DNA of 64,000 nucleotides, taken from assembly GCA_963790205.1 (NCBI GenBank), contig CAWBNQ010000014.1:32001-96000 (forward strand), written 5' to 3'. This DNA comes from Nitrospirota bacterium (GTDB taxonomy: Bacteria > Nitrospirota > UBA9217). Of this stretch, positions 40,900-50,678 are shown piece after piece (within the stretch, counting starts at the first letter, position 1; the number at the start of each line of letters is the position of its first letter). The notes under the pieces were generated by a model. The model made no database searches. It was not told the DNA's origin and saw nothing but the letters and a program-made list of their open reading frames with translations. The translations under genes and the position numbers were made by a program.

Positions 40900-41076
40900 T
40901 GCAGGATTATTGTACCACGGATTGATTCCGTTAGAAATGAAGATATTCCTCGACGTGAACACGGACGGACCCGATACATTCTGGGATGGGAAGCGGGAGG
41001 AATAAGGGTTTGTTTGATACTGCGCGGGGAGCACGGTTCGCTTGCGTGCTCCCCGTCCTGGTTCCATGCTGTCTTA

Positions 41077-42123
41077 CTAATCCAATTTCGGTTTGGGTGT
41101 GCTGTCCGATGATGCCGGCAGGACAGGATATACCACCGCAGGTTGTTCGCCGGTGGTGCTCTGGAGGAATGCCTCTATCCGGCCAACCTCCTTCTGGTTC
41201 AGGGTTATACCCAGTTGTGCATTACCCATGATCTCAACGGCATCTTTGAGGCCCCACACCTTCCCTGAGTGGAAGTAGGGCGGCGTGAGGGCGATGTTCC
41301 TGAGCGAAGGAGCCTTGAACAGGTACTCGTCCGACTTCATCCCGGTCACCTTGAACCGTCCCTTGTCTCCGGCCATGATCTCTTCCGTGGGCTTCTCCAC
41401 GACGCCAAAGGGGAAGTACGCGCTCCCGCCCATGTTCACGCCTCCGTGGCAGGCTGCGCAGCCCTTGTCCATGAAGAGCTTGAGCCCTTCCTTTTCCGAG
41501 GAGGTCAATGCGTTTTTCGTGCCGCCGAGGTACCGGTCGAAGGCCGATTGCGGCGTAATGAGCGTCGCCTCGAATACGGCGATGGCCTTTGCCATGTTTT
41601 CAAAGGTGACGGGGTCCTTGTCAACAGAGAAGGACTTCTTGAATAAAGCGACATACTCGGGCATACTCTTGATCGTTTCCATGGCCCGTGCAGGCGTGTT
41701 GTTCATCTCCACCGAGGCCTGCACCGGCCCTTTGGCCTGCTGCTCAAGATCAGGCGCCCTGCCGTCCCAGAACTGCGCCATGTTAAATACGGAGTTCAAT
41801 ACGGTCGGGGCGTTCCTCGGACCCTTCTGCCACTTATGGCCAACAGAGGTCTCCTGAAAGTCCACGCCGCCCATGCCGATGTTATGGCAGGTGTTGCAGC
41901 TGATGAGGCCGCTTGCGGAAAGCCTCGGGTCGAAATAGAGCATCTTGCCAAGGACGACCTTCTCGGGTGTAGCCTGGTTGTCGGCGATGACGGGTGGGAC
42001 CGAGGGTAGGGCCTTGAACATCTTCTGCGCCCGTGAGATGAGCGCCTCATCTTCACCAGCAGAGGCCCCCGCTGCGACTGCAAGAGCAAAAAGCACGATC
42101 ACGATAAAGGGAACGGATTTCAT
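41077..42123 (-). CDS. ccpA: Diheme cytochrome c peroxidase (canonical bCcP)
   Basis: Signal peptide, CNTCH, NAPTVLN, QFWDGRA, CAACH, PPYFHSG. Confidence 0.9.
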   Translation of the reverse strand: MKSVPFIVIVLFALAVAAGASAGEDEALISRAQKMFKALPSVPPVIADNQATPEKVVLGKMLYFDPRLSASGLISCNTCHNIGMGGVDFQETSVGHKWQKGPRNAPTVLNSVFNMAQFWDGRAPDLEQQAKGPVQASVEMNNTPARAMETIKSMPEYVALFKKSFSVDKDPVTFENMAKAIAVFEATLITPQSAFDRYLGGTKNALTSSEKEGLKLFMDKGCAACHGGVNMGGSAYFPFGVVEKPTEEIMAGDKGRFKVTGMKSDEYLFKAPSLRNIALTPPYFHSGKVWGLKDAVEIMGNAQLGITLNQKEVGRIEAFLQSTTGEQPAVVYPVLPASSDSTPKPKLD

Positions 42124-42459
42124 AGTGCACCTCCTCCTTGTGATGCGTAATACCTCAATGTTGAAACGTATGGGCTACGGATTACGAACGCGGCTTGATC
42201 GGAGAACACCTCGAATATAGCACATCTGAATTTCGGTTGGATTAACACATGCAGGCAGAGCTCGCCCGAAAATTGCGGATTATTAATTCATCCGGACAAA
42301 GTCCTGATGGATGTTTCAACATGTTGCACTGCGGAAAGCGAGGGGGAAAAACCGATGCCCTTATGAATCCAAAACTGTCTCCGACCAGCTCAAGTGGGCG
42401 TCACAGCTCACGCAGGCTAAAACATGCGACTGCGTCTCGGGTCGCGATATGCAGCACGC

Positions 42460-44466
42460 CTACTCTACCTTTACCCCCACGGCCATCTCCTGCTCCCGGA
42501 GCTTCTTGATCCGGTCCCTGAGCTCGGCCGCGCGTTCGAACTCCTGCTTTTTGGCAGCAGCGCGCATCTCTTTTTCGAGGTGCTCGATGAGCCGCGGGAT
42601 GTCCACGGTCGAGAGGTACTCAGCCTCTTCCTCCGCCGCGATCGGCACGGTAAAGTAATCTTCCTCGTACACGGTCCTGAGCGCTGCCTGGATGTTCTTC
42701 TTGATGGACTGCGGAGTGATATTGTGCTTCTTGTTGTACACCTCCTGCACCGTACGGCGCCTGTTCGTTTCCGCAATGGCATTTCGCATGGAGTCGGTCA
42801 TGATCTCCGCGTAGAGGATGACCTCGCCGTTCACGTTTCGTGCTGCCCGGCCCATGGTCTGGATGAGCGAGCGTGCTGAGCGCAGGAACCCTTCCTTGTC
42901 CGCGTCCAGGATCGCAACGAGCGAGACCTCGGGGATGTCGAGGCCTTCACGCAGGAGGTTGATTCCGATGAGCACGTCGTACTTTCCCATGCGAAGGTCA
43001 CGGATAATGTCCACCCGTTCGAGGGTGTCGATGTCGGAGTGCAGATACGCCACCTTCACGTTCAGCTCTTTATAATGCTCGGTCAGGTCCTCTGCCATGC
43101 GCTTCGTGAGCGTGGTAACGAGTACCCTCTCGCCGGCCTCTGCGCGCTTGCGGACCTCGTTCAAAAGATCGTCCACCTGCCCTTTCACCGGCTTGATCGT
43201 GATCTTCGGGTCCGTGAGGCCCGTGGGCCGGATCACCTGTTCGATGATCCTTTTACCGGCCTTTTCAACTTCATAGTCCGCCGGCGTTGCGGAAACATAA
43301 ACGGTCTGATGCACCCGTTCTTCGAACTCCTGGAAATTGAGCGGCCTGTTGTCGAGGGCTGAGGGCAGGCGGAATCCGTAGTCCACGAGCGTGGATTTTC
43401 TGGCCCGGTCTCCGTTGTACATGCCGCCGACCTGGGGGATCGTCGCGTGGGACTCGTCCACGATCAGGAGATAATCCTTGGGAAAGTAGTCGATGAGCGT
43501 GGGAGGCGGCTCGCCGGGGGCCCGCCCCGAAAGGTGGCGCGAGTAATTCTCGATGCCGTGGCAGTAGCCCATTTCCTGGATCATTTCGAGGTCGAACATG
43601 GTCCTCTGCTCGATCCTCTGCGCTTCGAGGAGTTTGTTCATTTTCCGGAAGTACTGGATGCGCTCCCGGAGCTCATCATGGATGCCGTCGACTGCGGCCT
43701 TCAAGCGGGACTCGGGTATCACATAGTGGCTGCCCGGATAGATCGCCACCTTCTCCAGTTTCTGCAGAGGAGTGCCCAGGAGCGGATCAAATACCGAGAT
43801 CGAGTCGAGCTCGTCACCGAACAGCTCGACGCGGATGGCCGTGTTCTCATAGGACGCCGGAAAGATCTCGACCACGTCGCCCCGCACACGGAAGGTTCCG
43901 CGGTGGAAGTCGTAGTCGTTCCTCTCATACTGGATGTCCACAAGCTTCCTGAGGATGTCGTCCCGTTCGATGCGCTGTCCTTTTTCGAGAAAGAGCAGCA
44001 TGCCGTGGTAGGCCTCAGGCGAGCCGAGGCCGTAGATGCACGAGACCGAGGCCACGACGATGACGTCGTTCCGCTCGAAGAGCGCGTTCGTCGCCGAGTG
44101 GCGCATGCGGTCGATCTGTTCGTTGATGGACGAGTCCTTTTCGATATACGTGTCCGTGGTCGGGAGATAGGCCTCGGGCTGGTAGTAATCGTAATAGGAA
44201 ACGAAATACTCGACGGCATTTTCCGGGAAAAGCTCCTTGAACTCATTATAGAGCTGGGCCGCGAGCGTCTTGTTGTGCGCGATCACGAGCGTGGGTTTCT
44301 GGACCCTCTCGACCACGTTCGCCATGGTGAAGGTCTTGCCCGAGCCCGTGACGCCCAGGAGCACCTGGTGATTAATGCCTTTGATAATGCCGTCCGAGAG
44401 CTTCTCGATGGCCTGCGGCTGGTCTCCCGTGGGCTTAAAGTCCGATACGATCTTGAATTTCGTCAT
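42460..44466 (-). CDS. uvrB: Excinuclease ABC subunit B
   Basis: [38 protein letters not shown]. Confidence 0.98.
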   Translation of the reverse strand: MTKFKIVSDFKPTGDQPQAIEKLSDGIIKGINHQVLLGVTGSGKTFTMANVVERVQKPTLVIAHNKTLAAQLYNEFKELFPENAVEYFVSYYDYYQPEAYLPTTDTYIEKDSSINEQIDRMRHSATNALFERNDVIVVASVSCIYGLGSPEAYHGMLLFLEKGQRIERDDILRKLVDIQYERNDYDFHRGTFRVRGDVVEIFPASYENTAIRVELFGDELDSISVFDPLLGTPLQKLEKVAIYPGSHYVIPESRLKAAVDGIHDELRERIQYFRKMNKLLEAQRIEQRTMFDLEMIQEMGYCHGIENYSRHLSGRAPGEPPPTLIDYFPKDYLLIVDESHATIPQVGGMYNGDRARKSTLVDYGFRLPSALDNRPLNFQEFEERVHQTVYVSATPADYEVEKAGKRIIEQVIRPTGLTDPKITIKPVKGQVDDLLNEVRKRAEAGERVLVTTLTKRMAEDLTEHYKELNVKVAYLHSDIDTLERVDIIRDLRMGKYDVLIGINLLREGLDIPEVSLVAILDADKEGFLRSARSLIQTMGRAARNVNGEVILYAEIMTDSMRNAIAETNRRRTVQEVYNKKHNITPQSIKKNIQAALRTVYEEDYFTVPIAAEEEAEYLSTVDIPRLIEHLEKEMRAAAKKQEFERAAELRDRIKKLREQEMAVGVKVE

Positions 44467-44541
44467 GTTTAAATATTACTCTATTCACCACGCAAGGTCA
44501 AATGACCCATGCATGCCGGGCCGGACCCCTTCTTTTTTCGA

Positions 44542-45015
44542 TCAGCGTTTTCTCCGGTAGAAGACAAAACGGTAGGAAGGCGTATTCTCGATCTCTTCCC
44601 TTTTTATCTCGTCGAAATATTCCGGTATCTCCGGAAAGAACGTGTCACCCTCGTAGGAGCGGCGGACGACGGTAAGATAAATTCTTTGTGCGAGGGAAAC
44701 CGTTTCATGGAACACTATCCCACCGCCGCAGATAAAGACCTCATCCTCGCCTTCGCATGCGGCAAAGGCTTCTTCGAGGCCGTGGGCCACGACGGCGCCT
44801 GTCGGGTGAAAACCCTTCCGGTGGGTAAGCACAATGTTCTTCCTGCCAAGGAGCGGACGTCCTATGATCTCGAAGGTCTTTCTTCCGAAGATGACAGCGT
44901 GCCCCATGGTTATATCCCTGAAGCGCTTCTGGTCCGAAGGAATGTTCCAGGGAATGGCGTTCTTGTTCCCGATCACGCGGTTTTCCGCCATGGCGGCTAT
45001 GAGCGAAATGATCAT
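44542..45015 (-). CDS. folA: Dihydrofolate reductase
   Basis: IAAMAENRVIG, IPW, GRKTF, GDTFFP. Confidence 0.92.
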   Translation of the reverse strand: MIISLIAAMAENRVIGNKNAIPWNIPSDQKRFRDITMGHAVIFGRKTFEIIGRPLLGRKNIVLTHRKGFHPTGAVVAHGLEEAFAACEGEDEVFICGGGIVFHETVSLAQRIYLTVVRRSYEGDTFFPEIPEYFDEIKREEIENTPSYRFVFYRRKR

Positions 45016-45089
45016 GACCCTACAGTAGCAGAGAGGCGTTGTGCTGTCAAACAATGCGGAAGGGTGTCCTGAGATTAAGCGGGCGTCAT

Positions 45090-45140
45090 CCCCCCTCACC
45101 TTAATCTTTTCCCCGAGGGGAGAAGACGCGGGTGAGGGGC
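45090..45140. repeat. Degenerate CCCCTCACC...GGTGAGGGG palindromic element
   Basis: CCCCTCACCTTAATCTTTTCCCCGAGGGGAGAAGACGCGGGTGAGGGG forms nested hairpins. Confidence 0.6.
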
Positions 45141-45278
45141 AAAGCTAAATCAAGTGTAAATGCGATTGTATCAGCCGATACGGCGCTATGAGGGCGTATC
45201 CAACAAAAAAATCCCGCCCTTTTCAGGAAAAGGCAGGAGTGGGCATTCCAAGCAGCGGAAATTCAAGGGCCGTGATAC

Positions 45279-45848
45279 TTATTTCACGAAGAGATAGAGC
45301 ATGACCGCGAACCCGATGAATACGCCGATCGCCGTCTCGTGCTCCGAGTTCTCCTTCACCACGCTGAAGCTCCAGCGGTTCGCGCCCCTGGCCGGGTAGG
45401 GAGTGAAACGGGGCAAATAGTCCGGCACGGCCTTGTCGTACACGGTCCAGGCCTCTCCGAAGCTGCCCACGAGCTTCTCGTTCTCCTGTTTCTTTTTATG
45501 GGGCGCATAGTAAATGAAGAACCACACAAAGCCGCCGATCATGATCCAGATATTCATGGCCATGGCACTGTAGCCGAGGGTGATGAGGAGCGTTCCTATA
45601 TAGAGGGGGTTCTTGACGTACGAATAGGGGCCGGTCGTGGTGAGTTGCTTGTTCTTCCTGAGATGTCCGGCGGCCCACAGCCGCAGCCACTCGCCCAAAA
45701 ACGTAACGGCAGCGCCGGGAATGAACCATGCCGGTTCGAGCTGTTTGTCCTTTGCCAGGGCGAACATCACGCCGGCCACAACGGCCGCCAGCACCGTCTT
45801 CGTCGTTATTTTTGTGAGCTTATATTTGAGGGTATCTTTGGCCGCCAT
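45279..45848 (-). CDS. Isoprenylcysteine carboxyl methyltransferase (PEMT/ICMT) family
   Basis: LRLWAAG, TTGPYSYVKNPLYIG; several TM segments. Confidence 0.85.
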   Translation of the reverse strand: MAAKDTLKYKLTKITTKTVLAAVVAGVMFALAKDKQLEPAWFIPGAAVTFLGEWLRLWAAGHLRKNKQLTTTGPYSYVKNPLYIGTLLITLGYSAMAMNIWIMIGGFVWFFIYYAPHKKKQENEKLVGSFGEAWTVYDKAVPDYLPRFTPYPARGANRWSFSVVKENSEHETAIGVFIGFAVMLYLFVK

Positions 45849-45909
45849 ACTTTCTCCTTATAATTGATTGGTAAGCCTTCCTACTTCTTACTTTCTCATT
45901 ACTACACCC

Positions 45910-46536
45910 TCACCACTTCCTCGGCATCAGGAGGTTGCGCAGCCTGAGCCACTTCTTCTCCCGTGCCGTTATGAGCTCGGGTGCATAGATGCTCTTCATT
46001 TTGATGAGCGACAGGCGGTCGGCAATTCCCAGGAGCCTTGTCAGGCGCCGGCCGACGAAGGGAAGACTTCCGGGATGGAGCGCCGACGCAAGGTCGACCA
46101 CAAAGACCTTTCCGTCGACAAGCAGGATGTTCGACCGCCGCTGCAGGTCGAGGTGCACCCATCCGCGCACGTGGAGCTCTTCGACGATACTCTCGAACTG
46201 GCGAACAACACCCGGCCCGAGCTCTCCCCGCACAATACCGCCGAGATCCCTGCCCTCGAGGTATTCGATGGCAATTGAGAACGGCGAAAGCCGCTTGAAC
46301 TGCGAAGGAAGCCCCTCGATTCCGGCAAGCACGCGGTAGGCGCGGATTTCACGGCCGATGACCGTGCGGCCGACGAGGTTTCGTTCCAAAAATCCTTTTT
46401 TTCCAAAATCCTTGACCACAAAGCGCTGTCCGCGAAAACGCGTGATAAACACATCGGCCTTCAGCAACCTTCCTTTTACCAAGACCTTTTCAAGGTTCGC
46501 TGCCGCCTCATCGTATGACAAATCCATATTCATCAA
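45910..46536 (-). CDS. Small kinase-like protein (RIO/Kdo-like fold)
   Basis: VVKDF, RE..AY, VHLDL, NILL, VDL. Confidence 0.7.
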   Translation of the reverse strand: MMNMDLSYDEAAANLEKVLVKGRLLKADVFITRFRGQRFVVKDFGKKGFLERNLVGRTVIGREIRAYRVLAGIEGLPSQFKRLSPFSIAIEYLEGRDLGGIVRGELGPGVVRQFESIVEELHVRGWVHLDLQRRSNILLVDGKVFVVDLASALHPGSLPFVGRRLTRLLGIADRLSLIKMKSIYAPELITAREKKWLRLRNLLMPRKW

Positions 46537-46593
46537 TCAACCTGGACAAAAGTTTTACCATTTTAGAAGCACGGGGCGCAAGAGTCAAGAAAT

Positions 46594-46742
46594 TTATTCG
46601 GGAAAGGAAACGCCGCGGTCCGTTTCCAGGTTTTTGATAGGCCCGCTCACGGCCGGCTGGGTGAGAGAGAAGGTCTCCGCGGCCTTTGAAAAGCTGCGAA
46701 GTTTGATGAGGGTGCAGAATATTTCGATCCGGTGGAATCCAT
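46594..46742 (-). pseudogene. LysR-family HTH remnant
   Basis: FHRIEIFCTLIKLRSFSKAAETFSLTQPAVSGPIKNLE; the ATG at 46742 is one base out of frame and there is no substrate-binding domain. Confidence 0.7.
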
Positions 46743-46863
46743 ACAGGGAAATTCCAAGTATCAAATTACAAATCTCAAATAATATCCAAACTTCAAAATA
46801 CAAATTCAAAACGTTTGAAATTTGGTGATTCGAATTTGAAATTTATTTGAGATTTGATGCTTG

Positions 46864-48363
46864 CTATTTGGCGCTTGCCGCGTAATCGCGCAGGAACTGC
46901 GTCAACAGCCGCATACCGATGCCCGTGGCCCCCTTGGGCGTATAGGGCCGGTCTTTCTCGCTCCAGGCCGTCGCCGCGATATCGAGATGCACCCAGGGAT
47001 ACTTCTGAACGAACTTGGAGAGCAGCGCCGCGGCCGTGATCAAGCCGCCGTCCCTGCCTCCCGCGTTCTTCATGTCCGCGATGTCGCTCTTGATCAGGTC
47101 GTAATAGCCCTCCCAGAGCGGCATCTCCCAGACGCGCTCCCCGGTCTTCTCGCCGGCCTCGCGGATCTTCTGTTTGAGCTTCTCGTCCGTGCCAAGCATG
47201 CCCGTGGCCTCCTGGCCCAGGGCGATCCTGCACGCGCCGGTGAGCGTGGCGATGTCCACGATCACCGCTGGCTTATATTGGCAGGCATAAGCGAGGGCGT
47301 CGGAAAGAATGAGCCTGCCTTCGGCATCGGTATTGATGATCTCGATGGTCTGGCCCGAGAGGGTACGAAGCACGTCGCCGGGCTTGTATGCGCTGCCGCC
47401 CGGCATGTTCTCCGTAGCCGGGAGCAGGCCCACAATGTTGAGCGGAAGTTTGAGCGCCGCCGCGGTGCGGAGCGCCCCAAGGACCGCTACCCCGCCGGAC
47501 ATGTCATCCTTCATCTTGTCCATGTTCTCGGACGGCTTGATCGAGATGCCGCCGGAGTCGAAGGTGATGGTCTTGCCCACGAGCGCGATAACGGGTTTCT
47601 TGCCGCCCCGCCGATATTCGACGATAATGAACTTCGGCGGCTGTGCGCTGCCCGATGCCACGCCGAGGAGGGCCCCCATGCCGAGTTTTTCCATCTGGCT
47701 GCGTTCGAGTACCTGGAGCTTAAGCCCGAACTCGCGGGCAAGCTGACGCGCCTTGGCCGCGATGATCGACGGCGTCATGTCTGCGGGCGGAGAACTGACC
47801 ATATCACGGACCATGGCCGTGGATGCGGCAATTATCTCGCCGGTCTTCACACCCGATTGCAGGGCCTTCACTTCCGGCGCGTGCTCCGCGACGATGGCTA
47901 TGGTCCGTATGTCCTTTTTATTGCCGTTTTCTTCGCTGGTCTTGTATTTCAGGAAGCGGTAGAGCCCAAGCAGGCTCCCTTCGATCAATGCCTGGGCCGT
48001 TTCCTCGGGGTCCAGGCCGATTCCGTCACACGAAAACGCTATGTCGGCCGCACCAGCGGCCCTCAAGTGCGGAGCGGCCTTACCCGCGGCCTGGCGCAGC
48101 CGGTTGAGATCAAGGTCTTCTCTCTTGCCCAGGCCCGCGAGGACGAGCCGCTCGGCGGCAATGCGGCCTTCGGGATAAAGGAGGTGGACGCCGCCCGGCT
48201 TGGGCCTGAAATCGCCGCGCTTCATAAGACGGGCTATCGTACCGCCGAAGGCCTTGTCTACCCGCCCGGCAACAACGCCCGGTTTCTCATCCTCGAAAAA
48301 CAGGATCACGACACCATCAGTCTTCTGTTTTTCAATCTTCCCTGCTGCAACGCTGATTTTCAT
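46864..48363 (-). CDS. pepA: Leucyl aminopeptidase
   Basis: GKTITFDSGG, MKDDMSGG, NTDAEGRL, DIATLTGA. Confidence 0.95.
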   Translation of the reverse strand: MKISVAAGKIEKQKTDGVVILFFEDEKPGVVAGRVDKAFGGTIARLMKRGDFRPKPGGVHLLYPEGRIAAERLVLAGLGKREDLDLNRLRQAAGKAAPHLRAAGAADIAFSCDGIGLDPEETAQALIEGSLLGLYRFLKYKTSEENGNKKDIRTIAIVAEHAPEVKALQSGVKTGEIIAASTAMVRDMVSSPPADMTPSIIAAKARQLAREFGLKLQVLERSQMEKLGMGALLGVASGSAQPPKFIIVEYRRGGKKPVIALVGKTITFDSGGISIKPSENMDKMKDDMSGGVAVLGALRTAAALKLPLNIVGLLPATENMPGGSAYKPGDVLRTLSGQTIEIINTDAEGRLILSDALAYACQYKPAVIVDIATLTGACRIALGQEATGMLGTDEKLKQKIREAGEKTGERVWEMPLWEGYYDLIKSDIADMKNAGGRDGGLITAAALLSKFVQKYPWVHLDIAATAWSEKDRPYTPKGATGIGMRLLTQFLRDYAASAK

Positions 48364-48679
48364 AGGAGCCCCCGCCACAAGGGTATCATTTCCAATTATC
48401 AGGTTTGATTATCTCGAAAAGAATCTGCCACGGAGGCACTGAGTCACGGAGAAATAAAAAACCTAAGCACGAAATCCAAAGTTCTCAATAATATTTAGCG
48501 AGGCTCCGCCTCAGACAACGAGGCATGAGTCAAGTCTCAAGCAATACGATTCTCACACGAAGGCACAAAGAACACAGAGGTTTGCGCAATTCATCCAGCC
48601 CTTCTTCGTGAGCTTTGTGACTTTGTGTGAATAATAGGTTTTGGTGCATCGGTCTGAGGTATTGCCTTGTTAGTGATTC

Positions 48680-49393
48680 TCAGTCTTTGCGGAACACGAT
48701 CGGCTCCAGCCCTTCAAGCTTCAATTTGCCCGCTACCAGTTCGGCCTTCTCCTCCGTACTGTAGGAGCCGACGCGAACACGATAAAACTTCCCCAGGTTC
48801 GAGTCGAAGGGTGCGATGGCAATCTGTTCGAACTTTTGCGAGAGCCGGTCTTTGAGCAATTTCGCGCTCTCCCCCTCGGCAAACACCGCCGCCTGGACCG
48901 TGTACAGAGCGCTGCCGTTGACCGGTTCCAGGGTCTCGATCTTTACCGGCGCCGTGCCCTGGGCCACGAAACCCAGTTCCTTGGCCGCGCCGTAGGACAG
49001 TTCGAGGACCCTGTTTTTGACAAACGGCCCGCGATCATTCACCCTGACCTTGAGGCTCTTGTAATTTTCGAGGTTGGTAACGCGGATGACCGTGCCGAGC
49101 GGCAAGGTGCGATGCGCTGCCGACATTCCGTACATATCGAAGACCTCGCCGCTTGCCGTTTTCCTTCCGTTAAAGTCCTTGCCATACCAGGAAGCGACCC
49201 CGGTTTCCCGGTAGACGGCGGTGCCGGCCAGCGCGGTCGCTGAAGGGGCGGCAGGAGGCGTTACCGGAGCAGGGGCGGCCTGAGGCGCCGTCGGGACCTT
49301 CCACGGTGCGCACGAAGTTGCCAGTGCAAGGGTAAGGAGCACGGTCACGAGCGGCTTTCCGCATGCCAGGCTGTTCATAAGGCGGCACCTCAT
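48680..49393 (-). CDS. rlpA: Septal lytic transglycosylase RlpA (lipoprotein with SPOR domain)
   Basis: Lipobox LATSC, GVASWYG, AAHRTLP, NDRGPF, C-terminal SPOR. Confidence 0.9.
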   Translation of the reverse strand: MRCRLMNSLACGKPLVTVLLTLALATSCAPWKVPTAPQAAPAPVTPPAAPSATALAGTAVYRETGVASWYGKDFNGRKTASGEVFDMYGMSAAHRTLPLGTVIRVTNLENYKSLKVRVNDRGPFVKNRVLELSYGAAKELGFVAQGTAPVKIETLEPVNGSALYTVQAAVFAEGESAKLLKDRLSQKFEQIAIAPFDSNLGKFYRVRVGSYSTEEKAELVAGKLKLEGLEPIVFRKD

Positions 49394-49406
49394 GCGTCCC
49401 CTCGTC

Positions 49407-49658
49407 TTATGCGGTGGCCTTTCCTTCGGCAGGTGCGGCCGCCTCGGATGCTTTCTTGCCGGCCGACTTGTATGCCTTGGCCGTGCGAAGCTTGCGCTGC
49501 ACCCGTTTGACTTTTTTGCGCGCGGTCCGCGCCTCGGGGTCGGACTTCTTGCCGCCCGCCTTGGCGATCTTCTCCGCGGCGGCCTTTTTCAATTTTTTGA
49601 TTTTTTCCTGAAGCTCTTCCTGGTTCACCTTGATCACTGCGCACTCCTCCTTGAACAT
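49407..49658 (-). CDS. Small Lys/Ala-rich basic hypothetical protein
   Basis: Co-oriented ORF; GGAGGAG SD suggests a GTG start near 49637. Confidence 0.65.
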   Translation of the reverse strand: MFKEECAVIKVNQEELQEKIKKLKKAAAEKIAKAGGKKSDPEARTARKKVKRVQRKLRTAKAYKSAGKKASEAAAPAEGKATA

Positions 49659-49812
49659 TAAGAAAATCGGGTCTCGTTATCGAAACCCCATCATAGACAA
49701 AACCCCCGAGGAAATCAAGAAATTTTGTAGGGCTTGATACAGTTCCTGTCCGGTCTGGCAGGGAATGAATGGTAAGGGATGACAAAGGATAGCAATGAGA
49801 GGGGTTTGATGC

Positions 49813-49850
49813 AAAAAAAATCCGGGAGTCACCCAGCGGTGACCCCCGGA
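49813..49850 (-). terminator. Intrinsic terminator
   Basis: TCCGGG.GTCAC stem plus T8. Confidence 0.7.
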
Positions 49851-49862
49851 CAGATGATTACC

Positions 49863-50183
49863 TTAGCAGCCCATTGGTGCCTTGGGCGCCGGTTTGGACG
49901 CTTCTGCGGGTGCTGCCGCCACGGGCATGGCCTTTACCCCGGTGAGCATGTGTTTTTCGATGGATGCCTCTACCTTATCCCCGGCCTTTACATTGCTGAG
50001 ATCAACATGCTTGCCGACCTTGAGCTTCATATCCTTGGTCGTGCCTTCCGGGCAGAAAACAACGGTGTGCGTCTTTGCATCTACGCTCTTGATGGTGCCC
50101 ATCTTCGACTCCGCCGCGAACGCCAGAGAGCCAAGCGCTGCAACCAGAGCAACTGCTGCCACAACTGCTGCAATTTTCTTCAT
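49863..50183 (-). CDS. Small secreted beta-barrel-like protein ending in Gly-Cys
   Basis: Signal peptide (AFA-AES), strong SD, Ala/Pro linker, C-terminal PMGC. Confidence 0.8.
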   Translation of the reverse strand: MKKIAAVVAAVALVAALGSLAFAAESKMGTIKSVDAKTHTVVFCPEGTTKDMKLKVGKHVDLSNVKAGDKVEASIEKHMLTGVKAMPVAAAPAEASKPAPKAPMGC

Positions 50184-50306
50184 GTTACTCCCCCTTTAGA
50201 TTTGAATTTTAATAAACCGCAGGCCATACAATACCACAAGTTTAAAAAATACTCAATTAAAATTTTAAATAATAGCATTTGAAAATTTTGTAGCCCGCGA
50301 AAGCGG

Positions 50307-50543
50307 TTATCCGGCGCTTTTTGCCTTTAACAGCCGCTCTATTTCCTTGATCTGTTCGCCCCATTCCTTGCACTCCTGTTCATATTCTTCCTGGAGGTTC
50401 TGCGCCTTTTCCGCGCCGATGTGGACTGAGGTCTTGCCGAAGGTGAAGGCGTGCATATCCTCCAGGTCGCAGAGGTTGTCCTTGAGCCGCCTGAGCTCCG
50501 CCCTCAGTTCATCAACCGTCATGTCATTAATATTTTTTTTCAT
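50307..50543 (-). CDS. Small coiled-coil hypothetical protein
   Basis: 78 aa ORF preceded by TTGACG-N18-TATAGT. Confidence 0.7.
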   Translation of the reverse strand: MKKNINDMTVDELRAELRRLKDNLCDLEDMHAFTFGKTSVHIGAEKAQNLQEEYEQECKEWGEQIKEIERLLKAKSAG

Positions 50544-50678
50544 GCCCCCGACTATAGCAAAGAAAAAATCAGTACGTCAATAAAAAAATTATCGAACGGT
50601 TACGGCTTTCCGGGGCCGTTCCCTTGAACCGTGGAAATCCGGCGGCTGAGAGGCAAGAAGCCTTCAGCGCACGACCGC

